A program made the translations under genes and the position numbers. DNA of 47,104 bases from a candidate division WWE3 bacterium CSP1-7 (GTDB lineage: Bacteria; Patescibacteriota; WWE3; 9FT-COMBO-53-11), in contig LDXK01000004.1 in the NCBI GenBank assembly GCA_001443395.1, positions 1 to 47,104 of the forward strand. The letters run 5' to 3'. Below, in pieces: positions 9,636 to 20,753 of the stretch. The first letter of the stretch is position 1. Each line of letters opens with the position of its first letter. Under the pieces are notes generated by a model. The model was not told the origin of the DNA. It did not search any database and saw only the letters and a program-made list of their open reading frames with translations.

Positions 9636-9664
9636 TTGACTTCCCTTCCACCCCGCTTTATAGT
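9636..9664 (+). promoter_or_regulatory. Sigma70-type promoter for the 66-aa gene
   Basis: TTGACT-N17-TATAGT. Confidence 0.65.
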
Positions 9665-9699
9665 AAGTTCAGTAAAAGATTGGAGACAGGAGGACAACA

Positions 9700-9900
9700 G
9701 TGGGTAAGCTGCGAAAGTTCTTGGTTGAGATCTTTGTCGGCAACACCCGGAAGTTTCACGAGACCGTGTGGGCCGAAAGCCGGGAGGCCGCCGAATCTAT
9801 CGTTGACGGGAAGTACGCCCGAGCAGGGACCGTTGACATCACGAGCATCAATGAGATTGAAGCTGATTCGGCCGAAGGTTTTGAATCTGAGCCGGAGTAA
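9700..9900 (+). CDS. Small hypothetical protein (66 aa)
   Basis: GTG start with SD AGGAGG, its own promoter and its own terminator. Confidence 0.75.
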   Translation: MGKLRKFLVEIFVGNTRKFHETVWAESREAAESIVDGKYARAGTVDITSINEIEADSAEGFESEPE

Positions 9901-9913
9901 TCCGTCCCTAACG

Positions 9914-9941
9914 GACCCTTGAAACCCAAGGGTCTTTTTTT
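9914..9941 (+). terminator. Intrinsic terminator
   Basis: GACCCTTG-aaacc-CAAGGGTC followed by a T7 tract. Confidence 0.75.
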
Positions 9942-9962
9942 GCGCTTGCTAAAATTCAACTG

Positions 9963-11033
9963 ATGAAAAAATCCAAGCCAATCCGCGTTGCTGTCGGCCT
10001 CTCAGGAGGGGTGGATTCGGCGGTGGCGGCCGCTCTATTGAAAAAACAGGGTTACGAAGTCATCGGGGTGCATCTTTTCTGCTACGACGAGGGGCCCTAC
10101 TGCACCGCGCCGGAGGACCGCAAGATGGCGGTGCGGGTGGCGGCTCATCTGAAAATTCCGATCCTTGTCTGGGATTTGCACCGCCAATACCGCTCCAAGG
10201 TTATAAGATATTTCTTTGACGAGTATAAAGCCGGCCGAACCCCCAACCCCGATGTCGTCTGCAACCGCGAGATCAAGTTCGGGATTTTTATGGAAAAAGC
10301 CCTGCGAGACCTTAAGGTTGACCATGTCGCCACCGGCCATTACGCCCGCATCAAGGAGGATAAGGATGGCTTCCACCTGCTGCGCGGAGTGGACGAGAGC
10401 AAGGACCAGAGTTACTTCCTCTATCAACTGTCCCAAAAACAGCTTGAACAAATTATGTTTCCAATCGGCGGCTACACCAAGAAGGAAGTGAGGGAAATCG
10501 CCCAGGAGATAAATCTCCCTAATAAAACCCGCCCCGATAGCCAGGGAATCTGCTTCATTGGACCGGTTCCGGTCGCAAAATTTCTGCGGGAACGGCTTCC
10601 GGCAAAATCCGGTCCGGTGGTGGATTCCAAGGGTGAGATCATCGGTGAACACGACGGCGTTTGGTTCTTCACCGAGGGCCAGCGGCACGGTTTTCGGCTT
10701 TTTAAGACAACCGGCTTGCCGCTCTACGTTATCGGCAAGGATGTGAAGAAAAACATCCTGACGGTCGGCCGAGGCGGAGAGGCAAGAGTGAGGCAATTTG
10801 AGATTGAAAAGCCGCATTGGATTGGTAAACTAGGGGATATTAAAAATGTGCGGATCCGCCACCTCGGCGAGATTCTGTCGGCCAAGCTGACTGGTCTAAA
10901 AGTTACTCTCAAAGAACCCATCTTTGGAGTAGCGCCCGGGCAGTCGGCCGTTTTCTATGGTTCGACAGGCTCACCACGGGTCGCTGAGGAGGTTTTGGGT
11001 GGGGGCGTGATCCGAGAGGTTAATATCCTGTAG
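9963..11033 (+). CDS. mnmA: tRNA-specific 2-thiouridylase MnmA
   Basis: SGGVDS, TPNPDVVCNREIKF, ATGHYA, KDQSYFL, DSQGICFIG, PGQSAVFY. Confidence 0.97.
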   Translation: MKKSKPIRVAVGLSGGVDSAVAAALLKKQGYEVIGVHLFCYDEGPYCTAPEDRKMAVRVAAHLKIPILVWDLHRQYRSKVIRYFFDEYKAGRTPNPDVVCNREIKFGIFMEKALRDLKVDHVATGHYARIKEDKDGFHLLRGVDESKDQSYFLYQLSQKQLEQIMFPIGGYTKKEVREIAQEINLPNKTRPDSQGICFIGPVPVAKFLRERLPAKSGPVVDSKGEIIGEHDGVWFFTEGQRHGFRLFKTTGLPLYVIGKDVKKNILTVGRGGEARVRQFEIEKPHWIGKLGDIKNVRIRHLGEILSAKLTGLKVTLKEPIFGVAPGQSAVFYGSTGSPRVAEEVLGGGVIREVNIL

Positions 11034-11268
11034 TCTGGTGGTGACGTTATCCCCGATACACCACTGTATCGGTGATTTAGGTTAATTTTATCTGATATAT
11101 AAAAGTTAATTATTCTAAATTTCCGGTTTGATGAATTTTGAAAAAATTATATTTTTGTATCCCTTTTTAAGATGATTTAGGGTTTATTTTGGGCAAATTT
11201 TGAAAAATAGCAGTGTCAGGAATCAATCTGCCAGATTTTGAGCCGATTTTTAACACTCTCAATCCAGT

Positions 11269-11297
11269 AAAAACCGTCTCAGGTCAGAGACGGTTTT
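11269..11297 (-). terminator. Hairpin terminator, possibly bidirectional
   Basis: AAAAACCGTCTC-aggtca-GAGACGGTTTT, overlapping the stop of the minus-strand ORF. Confidence 0.55.
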
Positions 11298-11730
11298 GAT
11301 TAGACCTTAACTGGTTTCTCATTTCCCTTATGTTATTCAGGAAAGCAGGGCCATAGATCTGCTCGTATTCGGTAAACTCAGGACTATCCTCCGGAAGGTA
11401 ATCAGGTTCGGTTACAACGTTTCCGTAGGCGAACCCTTCGATTTTTGCGGCCGCGATGCATACCAGAGCGGCCCAGCGGACCCTATCAACAGGATCCATC
11501 GGCGCACGAGCGGTCTGCGCATGCCGTTCAAACAGATTCATTAACGGTGCGTCCTCCCAAAATTGCCAATCGTCGCGGCTTTCAATTTCTTTAAGACGAC
11601 TGACGATGAACTTGGGATTATCAAACCGAAGTGCCATCTCCAGCAATCTGCCATTGTGGATTTCGAGGTTAATTCGCCGAAAACGCCGATCGGCCTGAAG
11701 TTTAAGATTCTCAACTGCAGAGGCACGCAT
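11284..11730 (-). CDS. Hypothetical protein (about 148 aa)
   Basis: The ORF track gives 11284-11769. The ATG at 11730 has SD GGAGGAAGGG and is preferred. No recognised motif. Confidence 0.6.
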   Translation of the reverse strand: MRASAVENLKLQADRRFRRINLEIHNGRLLEMALRFDNPKFIVSRLKEIESRDDWQFWEDAPLMNLFERHAQTARAPMDPVDRVRWAALVCIAAAKIEGFAYGNVVTEPDYLPEDSPEFTEYEQIYGPAFLNNIREMRNQLRSNQNRL

Positions 11731-11987
11731 CCCTTCCTCCTGATATTTTAATTGGTCACAGTATATCACGAGGATTTTTTTGTTACTTGACTTTTGGTAC
11801 CGGCCAAGTTACAGTGATGACGTATGCGGGAATAAGAAACAATTTCTTGTTAAACCCTTTTTGGGCCCCGCATGGGGCCTTTTCGATGCCCCCGCCCTTT
11901 GACATCAAAATAATCCTGATAATAGTGCAGACTGTGGAGCACTATTCTGTTTCTTTTAATTAAGAAACATCAATTCAATTTAAGTAA

Positions 11988-13620
<1,633 letters not shown>

Positions 13621-13625
13621 TAAAT

Positions 13626-13660
13626 AGATGAGTCCCCGCTTTGGCGGGGATTTATCTTTT
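13626..13660 (+). terminator. Intrinsic terminator after the 16S precursor
   Basis: AGATGAGTCCCCGC-tttg-GCGGGGATTTATCT followed by Ts. Confidence 0.65.
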
Positions 13661-13693
13661 GGAATTGTTTCTCGTGGTAGACTTTTAGTGTTC

Positions 13694-13770
13694 GGGCGAA
13701 TAGCTCAGTTGGCTAGAGCACTGTCCTGATAAGACAGGGGTCCCTGGTTCGAATCCAGGTTCGCCCACCA
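13694..13770 (+). tRNA. tRNA-Ile (GAT)
   Basis: Full cloverleaf; anticodon arm CTGTC-ctGATaa-GACAG; GGTTCGAATCC; encoded CCA. Confidence 0.97.
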
Positions 13771-13847
13771 CCCCCTTTCCCTTATTGACTTCACAAGCTC
13801 TTCACCTTATATTTAACCTAACCAAAACCAACGGAAGGAGAGATTCT

Positions 13848-14573
13848 GTGAAACTTTGGGTCTTCGATCTCGACGGAACGCTGATTACCTCTGGGATCGA
13901 CTACGCCCGGGTAGTATTCCTCTGGGGGCTGATGTTCCTCGAAGAGATGGAACACCGTGCCCCAAACTACGACGATTTTCTGCCGAAGTTCCTTGAAGCC
14001 CTGCGCGCGGTTGACAAGGAGCGCTTCAAGACAATGCGGGCGCACCGGGAGCGCTGGCCCGGTTCGATGGTCTTGGCCTACAAAGAGATTTGCCGGCAGA
14101 TGGCACTCGAAATCGATCCAGTGATCGAGCGCAGAACCTGGGAAATCGGGGTGGCCGCTCTGTCCGAGGAGACCTACCGCAATCGCGGGATGATGCCGGG
14201 AGTGGAAGAGACGCTGACTCTTCTCCAGTCCCGAGGCGATCCGATTTATTGCATCACCGCCGGCGATGTGCGGGTGCAGTGGATGAAGTGGCGCGGCTAC
14301 AACCTGCGGCGCTTCTTCCCTTCCAATCGGGAATTTCGGGTGGTGAAGTGGGAGAAACTGCCGACCCTGGGGCGGTTGCGCCGGCTTCGTCCCGATCTGC
14401 GAGCGGTGATGGTGGGCGATTCCATCGGCTCCGATCTGGTGCCGGCGGCGAAACTCGGCTACAAGCCGGTTTACATCCCTCACCCCTCGGTGTGGGACCA
14501 TGGAGAGCTGGTCAACAACGCTCCCGAAGGAACGATACGCCTCGAAAAGATCACGGAGCTTACGTCAGTTTGA
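13848..14573 (+). CDS. HAD-superfamily hydrolase
   Basis: FDLDGTL motif I, ITAGD, VMVGDSIGSDL..A.KLG motif IV. GTG at 13848 has SD AAGGAG. The ORF-track TTG at 13785 coincides with a TTGACT-N17-TATATT promoter. Confidence 0.88.
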   Translation: MKLWVFDLDGTLITSGIDYARVVFLWGLMFLEEMEHRAPNYDDFLPKFLEALRAVDKERFKTMRAHRERWPGSMVLAYKEICRQMALEIDPVIERRTWEIGVAALSEETYRNRGMMPGVEETLTLLQSRGDPIYCITAGDVRVQWMKWRGYNLRRFFPSNREFRVVKWEKLPTLGRLRRLRPDLRAVMVGDSIGSDLVPAAKLGYKPVYIPHPSVWDHGELVNNAPEGTIRLEKITELTSV

Positions 14574-14581
14574 GCCCTTTG

Positions 14582-14613
14582 GCCGATTAGCTTTACGCTG
14601 ATCGGCTTTTTTT
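14582..14613 (+). terminator. Intrinsic terminator
   Basis: GCCGATTAGC-tttac-GCTGATCGGC followed by a T tract. Confidence 0.75.
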
Positions 14614-14650
14614 GTTGGACCAACTTCTCCGTGCTAATATCATCTCTGAT

Positions 14651-15715
14651 ATGAATGACATGGGAAAACTTTTGGAAAAGGCGTCGGCTACGGTCAAAAC
14701 CCTGCGGCCGGGCGATGTTGTGGAGGGGATTGTCCTTTCCAAAGGGAAGGACGAGATCGTTCTAGACATCGGGGCGAAGGCGGAAGGATTGGTCGTCGGC
14801 CGCGAGCTCGAGGATGAGGCCGACACCGCCGCCAAGCTCAAGCCCGGTGACAAGGTTCTGGCAACGGTCGTTCAGTCCGAAGACAATCGGGGATTTATCC
14901 TTCTTTCTCTCCAGAAAGCGGAGGTCGAGCGCGATTGGCGCGAGGCCGCAAAATCCTATGAGGAAGAAAAGATTTTGGAGGTTGAGATCCTTGGTCCCAA
15001 CCGGGGTGGGGTGGTCGCCAGAATGGGTTCTCTGCGGGGCTTTATTCCCTTTTCTCACCTGGCTCTCTCTCACAAAATGCTCGCCAATTCCGGGAAGCTG
15101 GCCGGAAAAGTGGTCAAAGCCAAGATCATTGAGCTCAACCGGGATATCGATCGGTTGGTCCTTTCGGAGCGGGAGGCTCTGAGCAAGGGCGAGAAAGCCC
15201 TGGAACGAACGGCTTTGGGCAAAATCAAAATTGGAGAGAAGTATGACGGTATTGTTACCTCGGCAACCCCTTTTGCCGTCTTTGTCCAGTTCCGTCCCGC
15301 CAAAAATGAGGAATTTATGGAAGGAGCAGTCCACGTTTCCGAACTCTCTTGGGAGAAGGTGGCGGATGCGACTAAGGTGGTCAAGGCCGGCGATGGGCTC
15401 AAAGTGGAAGTGGTGGGAGTTTCTCCTGAGGAGGGACGAGTGATGCTCTCCCATCGTCGGACCCTTCCCAACCCCTGGGAAAAGATCGCCGAGAAATACC
15501 CCGTCGGTTCCAAGATTAAGGGGAAGGTCACCAAGATTGCCGATTTCGGCGCCTTTGTGGAGCTGGAACCTGGGATTGAAGGTCTGATCCACGTCACCGA
15601 AACCACCGGTCCGTTGGCAGAAGGGGACGAGGTGGAGTCCCGCGTGTTGGAGGTTGACCCGAAGAAACAGAAAATCGCCCTTTCCCTCAAAGCCGTCGGC
15701 GCCGCCTGGCGATAG
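14651..15715 (+). CDS. rpsA: 30S ribosomal protein S1 (four S1 domains)
   Basis: GDVVEGIV..DIGAKAEG, LRGFIPFSHL, EGAVHVSELSW, FGAFVELEPGIEGLIHV. ATG at 14651 preferred over TTG at 14612. Confidence 0.9.
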   Translation: MNDMGKLLEKASATVKTLRPGDVVEGIVLSKGKDEIVLDIGAKAEGLVVGRELEDEADTAAKLKPGDKVLATVVQSEDNRGFILLSLQKAEVERDWREAAKSYEEEKILEVEILGPNRGGVVARMGSLRGFIPFSHLALSHKMLANSGKLAGKVVKAKIIELNRDIDRLVLSEREALSKGEKALERTALGKIKIGEKYDGIVTSATPFAVFVQFRPAKNEEFMEGAVHVSELSWEKVADATKVVKAGDGLKVEVVGVSPEEGRVMLSHRRTLPNPWEKIAEKYPVGSKIKGKVTKIADFGAFVELEPGIEGLIHVTETTGPLAEGDEVESRVLEVDPKKQKIALSLKAVGAAWR

Positions 15716-15880
15716 CGCTCAAGTTTCTAAGTTCTCGCTCCGCGGACTCGCTTCTAACGACCGTGAACGATTTCTCAAAGCACGGGATCGAAATCGCCCA
15801 CTAGCTCGAACATCGCGGAGCTGCGCTTTCTCGAAAATTTCGCTTGGTGCAATTTGAACTTTCCTTTATACTTACCTCGA

Positions 15881-17185
15881 ATGGCTAAACCCAAAGTCCT
15901 TTTCATCTGTTCCGAATGCGGCGGAGAGCACCTGCGCTGGCAGGGGCAGTGCCAGTTTTGCCGGGAGTGGAACACCCTCAAAGAAGTGACCTCATTCAAG
16001 TCCGCAACCTCATCCGCCGGTCCAAGGAAACCGAAGAAACTGTCCGAAATCACCCAGACTACTGTCGCCCGGCTTACAACCGGGATCGGGGAGTTTGACC
16101 GGGTCCTGGGAGAGGGAATCGTCCCGGGTTCGGCGGTTCTGCTCTCCGGCCCTCCGGGAATCGGGAAGTCCACCCTGCTCCTGCAGGTCGCCGAAAAAAT
16201 CGGTAAGAAGAATCCGGTGGTTTATGTCTCCGGCGAGGAGTCCGAGGAGCAGATCGCAGGGCGGGCGGAGCGGTTGGGGATTAAGGCCGACAACCTCTAT
16301 TTCCTGGCCCAGACCGACCTGGAGCTGATCCTCTCCGAGCTGGCCGAGATGGACAAGTTGGGGTTGGTGGTGGTGGATTCCCTCCAGACCACGACCTCCG
16401 AGAACGCGACCGGTTCGGGTGGTTCGCCGTCCCAACTTAAGTACGCCGCCGCCCAGCTGACCAACTTCGCCAAAGCCCGCAACGTTCCGGTGATGATGAC
16501 CGGGCACGTCACCAAAACATTCCAGATCGGGGGGCCGAAGTTCCTGGAGCACATTGTGGACGTGGTCTTGGCGTTCGAAGGTGACAAATTCTCCTCTCTC
16601 CGGGTCCTCCGCTCCCAGAAAAATCGTTTTGGGGCAACCTCCGAGGTGGGAATCTTCGAGATGGGGAAGAAAGGGTTGGCGGAGGTCACCGATCCATCGG
16701 CCGCTTTTCTCAAGCACCACCGCTCTTCCCCCGGCTCGGCGCTGATGGTCGCTTTGGAAGGTTCTCGTCCGCTCCTTTTGGAGATCCAAGCGCTTACTTC
16801 GCCGACCTCCTACGCCTATCCGAAGCGGACAACCCAAGGAATTGCCTCGAAGCGAGCGCTCCTGATTCTGGCGGTCCTTGATAAGTACGGGCGCCTCAAT
16901 CTTTCCCGTTCCGACATCTTCATCAAGAGCTCTTTGGGAATGCGGGTTTTTGAGCCGGCGGCGGACCTGGCGATCGCCGTCGCGGTCGCTTCTTCGCGGT
17001 TGAAGAAACCGCTTCCCGCCAAACTCTGTTTCTTTGGAGAGGTGGGTTTGAACGGGGAGATCAAAGCCGTCACCGGCGAAGAGGACCGGATCAAGCACGC
17101 CAAGAAGCTGGGCCTGGAGCCGGTGACCTCAACTACCTATCCGATCATCACCGACCTGCTTGCCAATCTCTTTCCGCAGATTTAA
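15881..17185 (+). CDS. radA: DNA repair protein RadA/Sms
   Basis: C4 zinc finger (CSECG..WQGQCQFCREWNTL), GPPGIGKST, YVSGEES, KNRFG, Lon-like C-terminus. Confidence 0.97.
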   Translation: MAKPKVLFICSECGGEHLRWQGQCQFCREWNTLKEVTSFKSATSSAGPRKPKKLSEITQTTVARLTTGIGEFDRVLGEGIVPGSAVLLSGPPGIGKSTLLLQVAEKIGKKNPVVYVSGEESEEQIAGRAERLGIKADNLYFLAQTDLELILSELAEMDKLGLVVVDSLQTTTSENATGSGGSPSQLKYAAAQLTNFAKARNVPVMMTGHVTKTFQIGGPKFLEHIVDVVLAFEGDKFSSLRVLRSQKNRFGATSEVGIFEMGKKGLAEVTDPSAAFLKHHRSSPGSALMVALEGSRPLLLEIQALTSPTSYAYPKRTTQGIASKRALLILAVLDKYGRLNLSRSDIFIKSSLGMRVFEPAADLAIAVAVASSRLKKPLPAKLCFFGEVGLNGEIKAVTGEEDRIKHAKKLGLEPVTSTTYPIITDLLANLFPQI

Positions 17186-17312
17186 CTCCCAATGATCACA
17201 CCCACTCCCTCAAATCCTCTCCCGTTCCTGAACACTATGGGCAAGAGCTTCGCTTGCATAGTGATAAACTATAAGGTATACTCTAGGTTGTGGTTCTTTA
17301 AAACTATAAGAC

Positions 17313-17523
17313 TTGACAAGCCCATCTCAGCTTGCTAAATTAGCAATTAGAGCGAGCTTTGGGCAGGGGCTCGCTCTCTATTTGTGCCTGTTTCTCAGGT
17401 GCAAAAAGTTAGCGAACGGAGTTCGCGTCCTATTTGTGGGGAGAAATCAGTCTCCAACTTCGGTTGGGTGCTGATGACTCTCGTTTTTAAAAACCAAATC
17501 TAAGAGACCTAAAGGAGGTCCCC
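17313..17523 (+). promoter_or_regulatory. Promoter plus about 175-nt structured 5' leader
   Basis: TTGACA-N17-TAAATT at 17313-17341. Hairpin at 17349-17377, a long C(UUCG)G-capped stem at about 17441-17482, then SD AAGGAGG. Confidence 0.55.
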
Positions 17524-18543
17524 ATGGCCAAAAAGGCCGGGCCGTCTGGCGTTCCTACGAAAGAAGTTCGCCAAGCAATTGCTGGTTCTTCGTTTCTTGT
17601 CATCTTGAAAGTCAAGTACGAGGATTGGCAGAAGGGGCAGGCCAACCGGCGTCGTCAGGCGAAAGCCGTGAAGATCCGGACGGCCAAGCTTTTGGGCATT
17701 TCGCCCAAGCCTGTCGATCCCAAGAAAGATCGGCTGGCGGAGTTTCTTTGGGTGGCCTTCATCGTGTTGGCGGTTCTCGGTTTGATCTTGACGGCGGTGT
17801 GGTACTTTACCAGGCCGCCGGTTGTGGTGGTTCCCCGTTCAGCGGAGGTTCCACTGCAGCCGACCGTCATGACGACCCCGGTTCCGTCCATCGGAGATTC
17901 GCTCTCGACGCAAGTCACAGTAGCGGATTTCTACCAGCTGCGAGTGGAAACTCAGCAGTTGGTCAATCCGGATCGCGGGATGTGGGCGCCGATCGCGGGG
18001 ATCGGGATCTATCTCTCGCCGTTTACCAACGGTGACGGGGGTCCTGACTTCTCGCGCGAAGGAACGTTGCAACAAGCAACGGTCCTGGGGATCACGACCG
18101 ACGAGGTGTTGGTGGCGCAATCCACCTTCACCGCACCGACGGGTCTCTACTGGGTCGCAGTGGACGAGACCACGCTGCCTCCGGGCTGTGCGGTCTGGGT
18201 TCCCGAGTTCGAAGAGGACGAGGGAATTTCGGTTAGCCGGTGGAAGATCGTGGATTTGACGGCGCAGGGTGACTACAACACCATGGTCGTCAAGTTCCAG
18301 ATCATCTGCGGGGTGGTTGTTTCGGTTTCGCCGACTCCGGTCGCGCCAACGCGCACGCCGGTCCCGACGACCCCGCCGCCGCCCACGCTACCCCCTCCGC
18401 CGACGGAAACCCCGCCTCCGACCGAGCCGCCGCCGCCGACACCGACGGACAGCTGCGGGCCGGATTGTGTCGAACCATCAACACCGGTTCCCACTCCGAC
18501 GGAATACCCGCCCGACGTGCCTACCCCGACGCCGGTGCGGTAA
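17524..18543 (+). CDS. Single-pass membrane protein with extracellular Pro/Thr-rich C-terminal tail
   Basis: Strong SD, basic N-domain, one TM (FLWVAFIVLAVLGLILTAVWYF), PTPV/PPPT repeats. Confidence 0.8.
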   Translation: MAKKAGPSGVPTKEVRQAIAGSSFLVILKVKYEDWQKGQANRRRQAKAVKIRTAKLLGISPKPVDPKKDRLAEFLWVAFIVLAVLGLILTAVWYFTRPPVVVVPRSAEVPLQPTVMTTPVPSIGDSLSTQVTVADFYQLRVETQQLVNPDRGMWAPIAGIGIYLSPFTNGDGGPDFSREGTLQQATVLGITTDEVLVAQSTFTAPTGLYWVAVDETTLPPGCAVWVPEFEEDEGISVSRWKIVDLTAQGDYNTMVVKFQIICGVVVSVSPTPVAPTRTPVPTTPPPPTLPPPPTETPPPTEPPPPTPTDSCGPDCVEPSTPVPTPTEYPPDVPTPTPVR

Positions 18544-18588
18544 GACCTTTCGCTTCGCTCGAGGATCTTGTCCCGCCGAAGCGTGATA
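18541..18588. repeat. Dispersed copy of the 47-bp TAAGACCTTTCGCTTCGCTC element
   Basis: First 20 nt identical to the tandem unit after rho; also shares TCCCGCC..AGCGTGATA. Starts at the TAA stop. Confidence 0.8.
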
Positions 18589-18604
18589 GAGGTCGAGAGA
18601 GTGA

Positions 18605-18644
18605 CCCAGCACCCTGAGCCAAAAACTCAAGGTGCTGGGCTTTT
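18605..18644 (+). terminator. Intrinsic terminator
   Basis: CCCAGCACC-CTGAG...CTCA-AGGTGCTGGG followed by CTTTT. Confidence 0.6.
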
Positions 18645-18778
18645 CCAAGAACTTCAGAAAGAAACTGGAGCGTTTGGAAGAGCATAACCCTATAGTTGAC
18701 ATAATAGGATTTGGGTGATATGCTTAACAAAGTGCTGTCCTAAGCGTGAACGCTAGGTTGCAATTCGTAAACGAATAT

Positions 18779-19402
18779 ATGAAAAGCTGGAAAGTTTTGT
18801 TCGCAACAATTTTGACCGTCCTGGGGCTAACCTTAGCTCCGCTTTTTAGTGCTTCGGCGGTGACCTACCAGATTGACGCCAAACAGTTGGTGAGCAAATC
18901 AACCGCTTCCCGCGGTGACGTCCTGACCTACACCATCTCCATTACCAACGTCGGCGACGCCGTCATCAATCCGGTCTTTATCTCCGAAACGCTTTCGCCC
19001 TACGTGGATTATGTTCCAGGTTCGACCTCTTGGGCGGATGTGCTTGGCGGAGGTGCTCCTGTGACCGATGCTTGGTTGACCGACGGTTTGAATCTTGGGG
19101 TGCTTAATCCGACCGAATGGGTCAAAGTGACCTTTAAGGCAAAAGTTAAAAGCAACACTCCCAACGGTGCAAAGGTGGAGTCAGTGGCCCAGATCAAGAA
19201 AACCTGGAAAGTGGACGAGGAAGGTAATCCCGTCAACGAGTGGTTCCAGTGCGCCGCTCTGACAACCGTGAAGGTTGGCGAGGTCCTGGGCGAGGTTCTT
19301 CCCGAGACCGGAGCTGACGCCACGGGGGTGCTGGCGGGCTCTCTCTATCTAGGATACCTGGGCTTTCTGGTTCGTCGAATCAAGTTGACTAAGTACCTTT
19401 AA
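18779..19402 (+). CDS. Secreted DUF11 (Ig-like) domain protein with LPETG sortase sorting signal
   Basis: Signal peptide (..FSASA), GDVLTYTISITNVG and YVPGST, C-terminal VLPETGA + hydrophobic stretch + RRIK. Promoter TTGACA-N17-TATGCT upstream. Confidence 0.85.
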   Translation: MKSWKVLFATILTVLGLTLAPLFSASAVTYQIDAKQLVSKSTASRGDVLTYTISITNVGDAVINPVFISETLSPYVDYVPGSTSWADVLGGGAPVTDAWLTDGLNLGVLNPTEWVKVTFKAKVKSNTPNGAKVESVAQIKKTWKVDEEGNPVNEWFQCAALTTVKVGEVLGEVLPETGADATGVLAGSLYLGYLGFLVRRIKLTKYL

Positions 19403-19538
19403 GGACCATTTCCGTTCCTCTAAACTAGCCAACTATTCGCCCAATTTGCTATGATGCAATCGGGTAGGCGACTAGGGGCAGTGGTCGTCTACCCACTGAT
19501 CTCGCTTTCCCAAGTTCGATTACAAATTTTTAATTTCA

Positions 19539-20753
19539 ATGGAAGAACAAATCCCATCCTCATCTGAGAACTCTCGTTCTCGTCCCTATCGGGAGAACGG
19601 TTACCAGCGCCGCAACGGCGGCGATGAAGCACCCTATCGGGGCGAAACCATCCCGGTCGGGGGGGTCCTTGAGATTTTGCCGGATTACGGTGTCCTGCGT
19701 TCCGAGGTCGAGCAGGAGGGTGACCTCCCCTCCGATGTTTATGTTTCCCTTTCCCAGATCCGTCGGTTGGACTTACGGATGGGGGATACGGTCGAAGGAA
19801 TCGCCCGCCCTCCCAAAGAGGGGGAGCGCTATCTTTCTTTGCTCAAAGTTGTCAAGGTGGCCGAAATGTCGCCCGAAGAGGCGCAGAAGCGGCCCCGGTT
19901 CGAACGCCTGACCCCGATCTTCCCCAACGAATGGATGAAGCTGGAAACCGAAGAAACTCCGCTTTCCACCCGTTTGATTGATCTCTTCGCCCCGATCGGC
20001 AAGGGCCAGCGGGGAGCGATCGTTTCCCCGCCCAAGGCCGGGAAAACTTGGCTGCTTAAAGACATCGCCACCGGCATCACCACTAACCACCCTAAAGTTA
20101 GGATTATGGTGGCTCTGATCGGAGAACGTCCGGAGGAGGTCACTGATATTTCCCGATCGGTGAAGGGGGAGGTTTTTGCCTCCAACTTTGACGAGCCGGG
20201 AGAGGACCAAGTTCGGATCGCCGAGATGTGTTTGGAGAAATCCAAGCGCGCGGCCGAAGCCGGGGAGGACGTTGTAATCCTAATGGACTCCTTGACTCGG
20301 CTGGCGCGGGCCTACAACCTGGTGGTCCCGCCTTCCGGAAGAACACTGTCGGGGGGATTTGATCCGGTCGCGCTGTACCCGCCCAAGCACTTCTTCGGCG
20401 CCGCTCGTAATTTCGAGCACGGCGGTTCGCTGACGATCATTGCGACGGCCCTGGTTGATACCGGTTCCCGAATGGACGATCTGATCTACGAGGAGTTTAA
20501 GGGAACCGGCAACATGGAACTGCACCTGGATCGAAACCTGGCGGAACGGCGGATCTACCCGGCGATTAACATCGTCAAGTCCGGAACGCGGCACGAGGAA
20601 CTGCTTTTTGACAAGACCACCCTGGAACAGATCTTCACTCTGCGGCGAATGGTAGACACGCTCGGCGACCAGGCGACGGAGTTGGTGGTGGCGCGGTTGC
20701 GAAAGACCAAATCCAACAAAGAGTTTTTGGGGACCCTTAAGGAAACGAAATAA
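19539..20753 (+). CDS. rho: Transcription termination factor Rho
   Basis: DVYVSLSQIRR, PIGKGQRG, PPKAGKT, DSLTRLARAYN, EEFKGTGNMELHL, SGTRHEELL. Confidence 0.97.
   Translation: MEEQIPSSSENSRSRPYRENGYQRRNGGDEAPYRGETIPVGGVLEILPDYGVLRSEVEQEGDLPSDVYVSLSQIRRLDLRMGDTVEGIARPPKEGERYLSLLKVVKVAEMSPEEAQKRPRFERLTPIFPNEWMKLETEETPLSTRLIDLFAPIGKGQRGAIVSPPKAGKTWLLKDIATGITTNHPKVRIMVALIGERPEEVTDISRSVKGEVFASNFDEPGEDQVRIAEMCLEKSKRAAEAGEDVVILMDSLTRLARAYNLVVPPSGRTLSGGFDPVALYPPKHFFGAARNFEHGGSLTIIATALVDTGSRMDDLIYEEFKGTGNMELHLDRNLAERRIYPAINIVKSGTRHEELLFDKTTLEQIFTLRRMVDTLGDQATELVVARLRKTKSNKEFLGTLKETK

Noticed and set aside
11040-11268. AT-rich stretch as replication origin
   Set aside because: No TTATCCACA-like box cluster and no dnaA nearby. 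Left unannotated.
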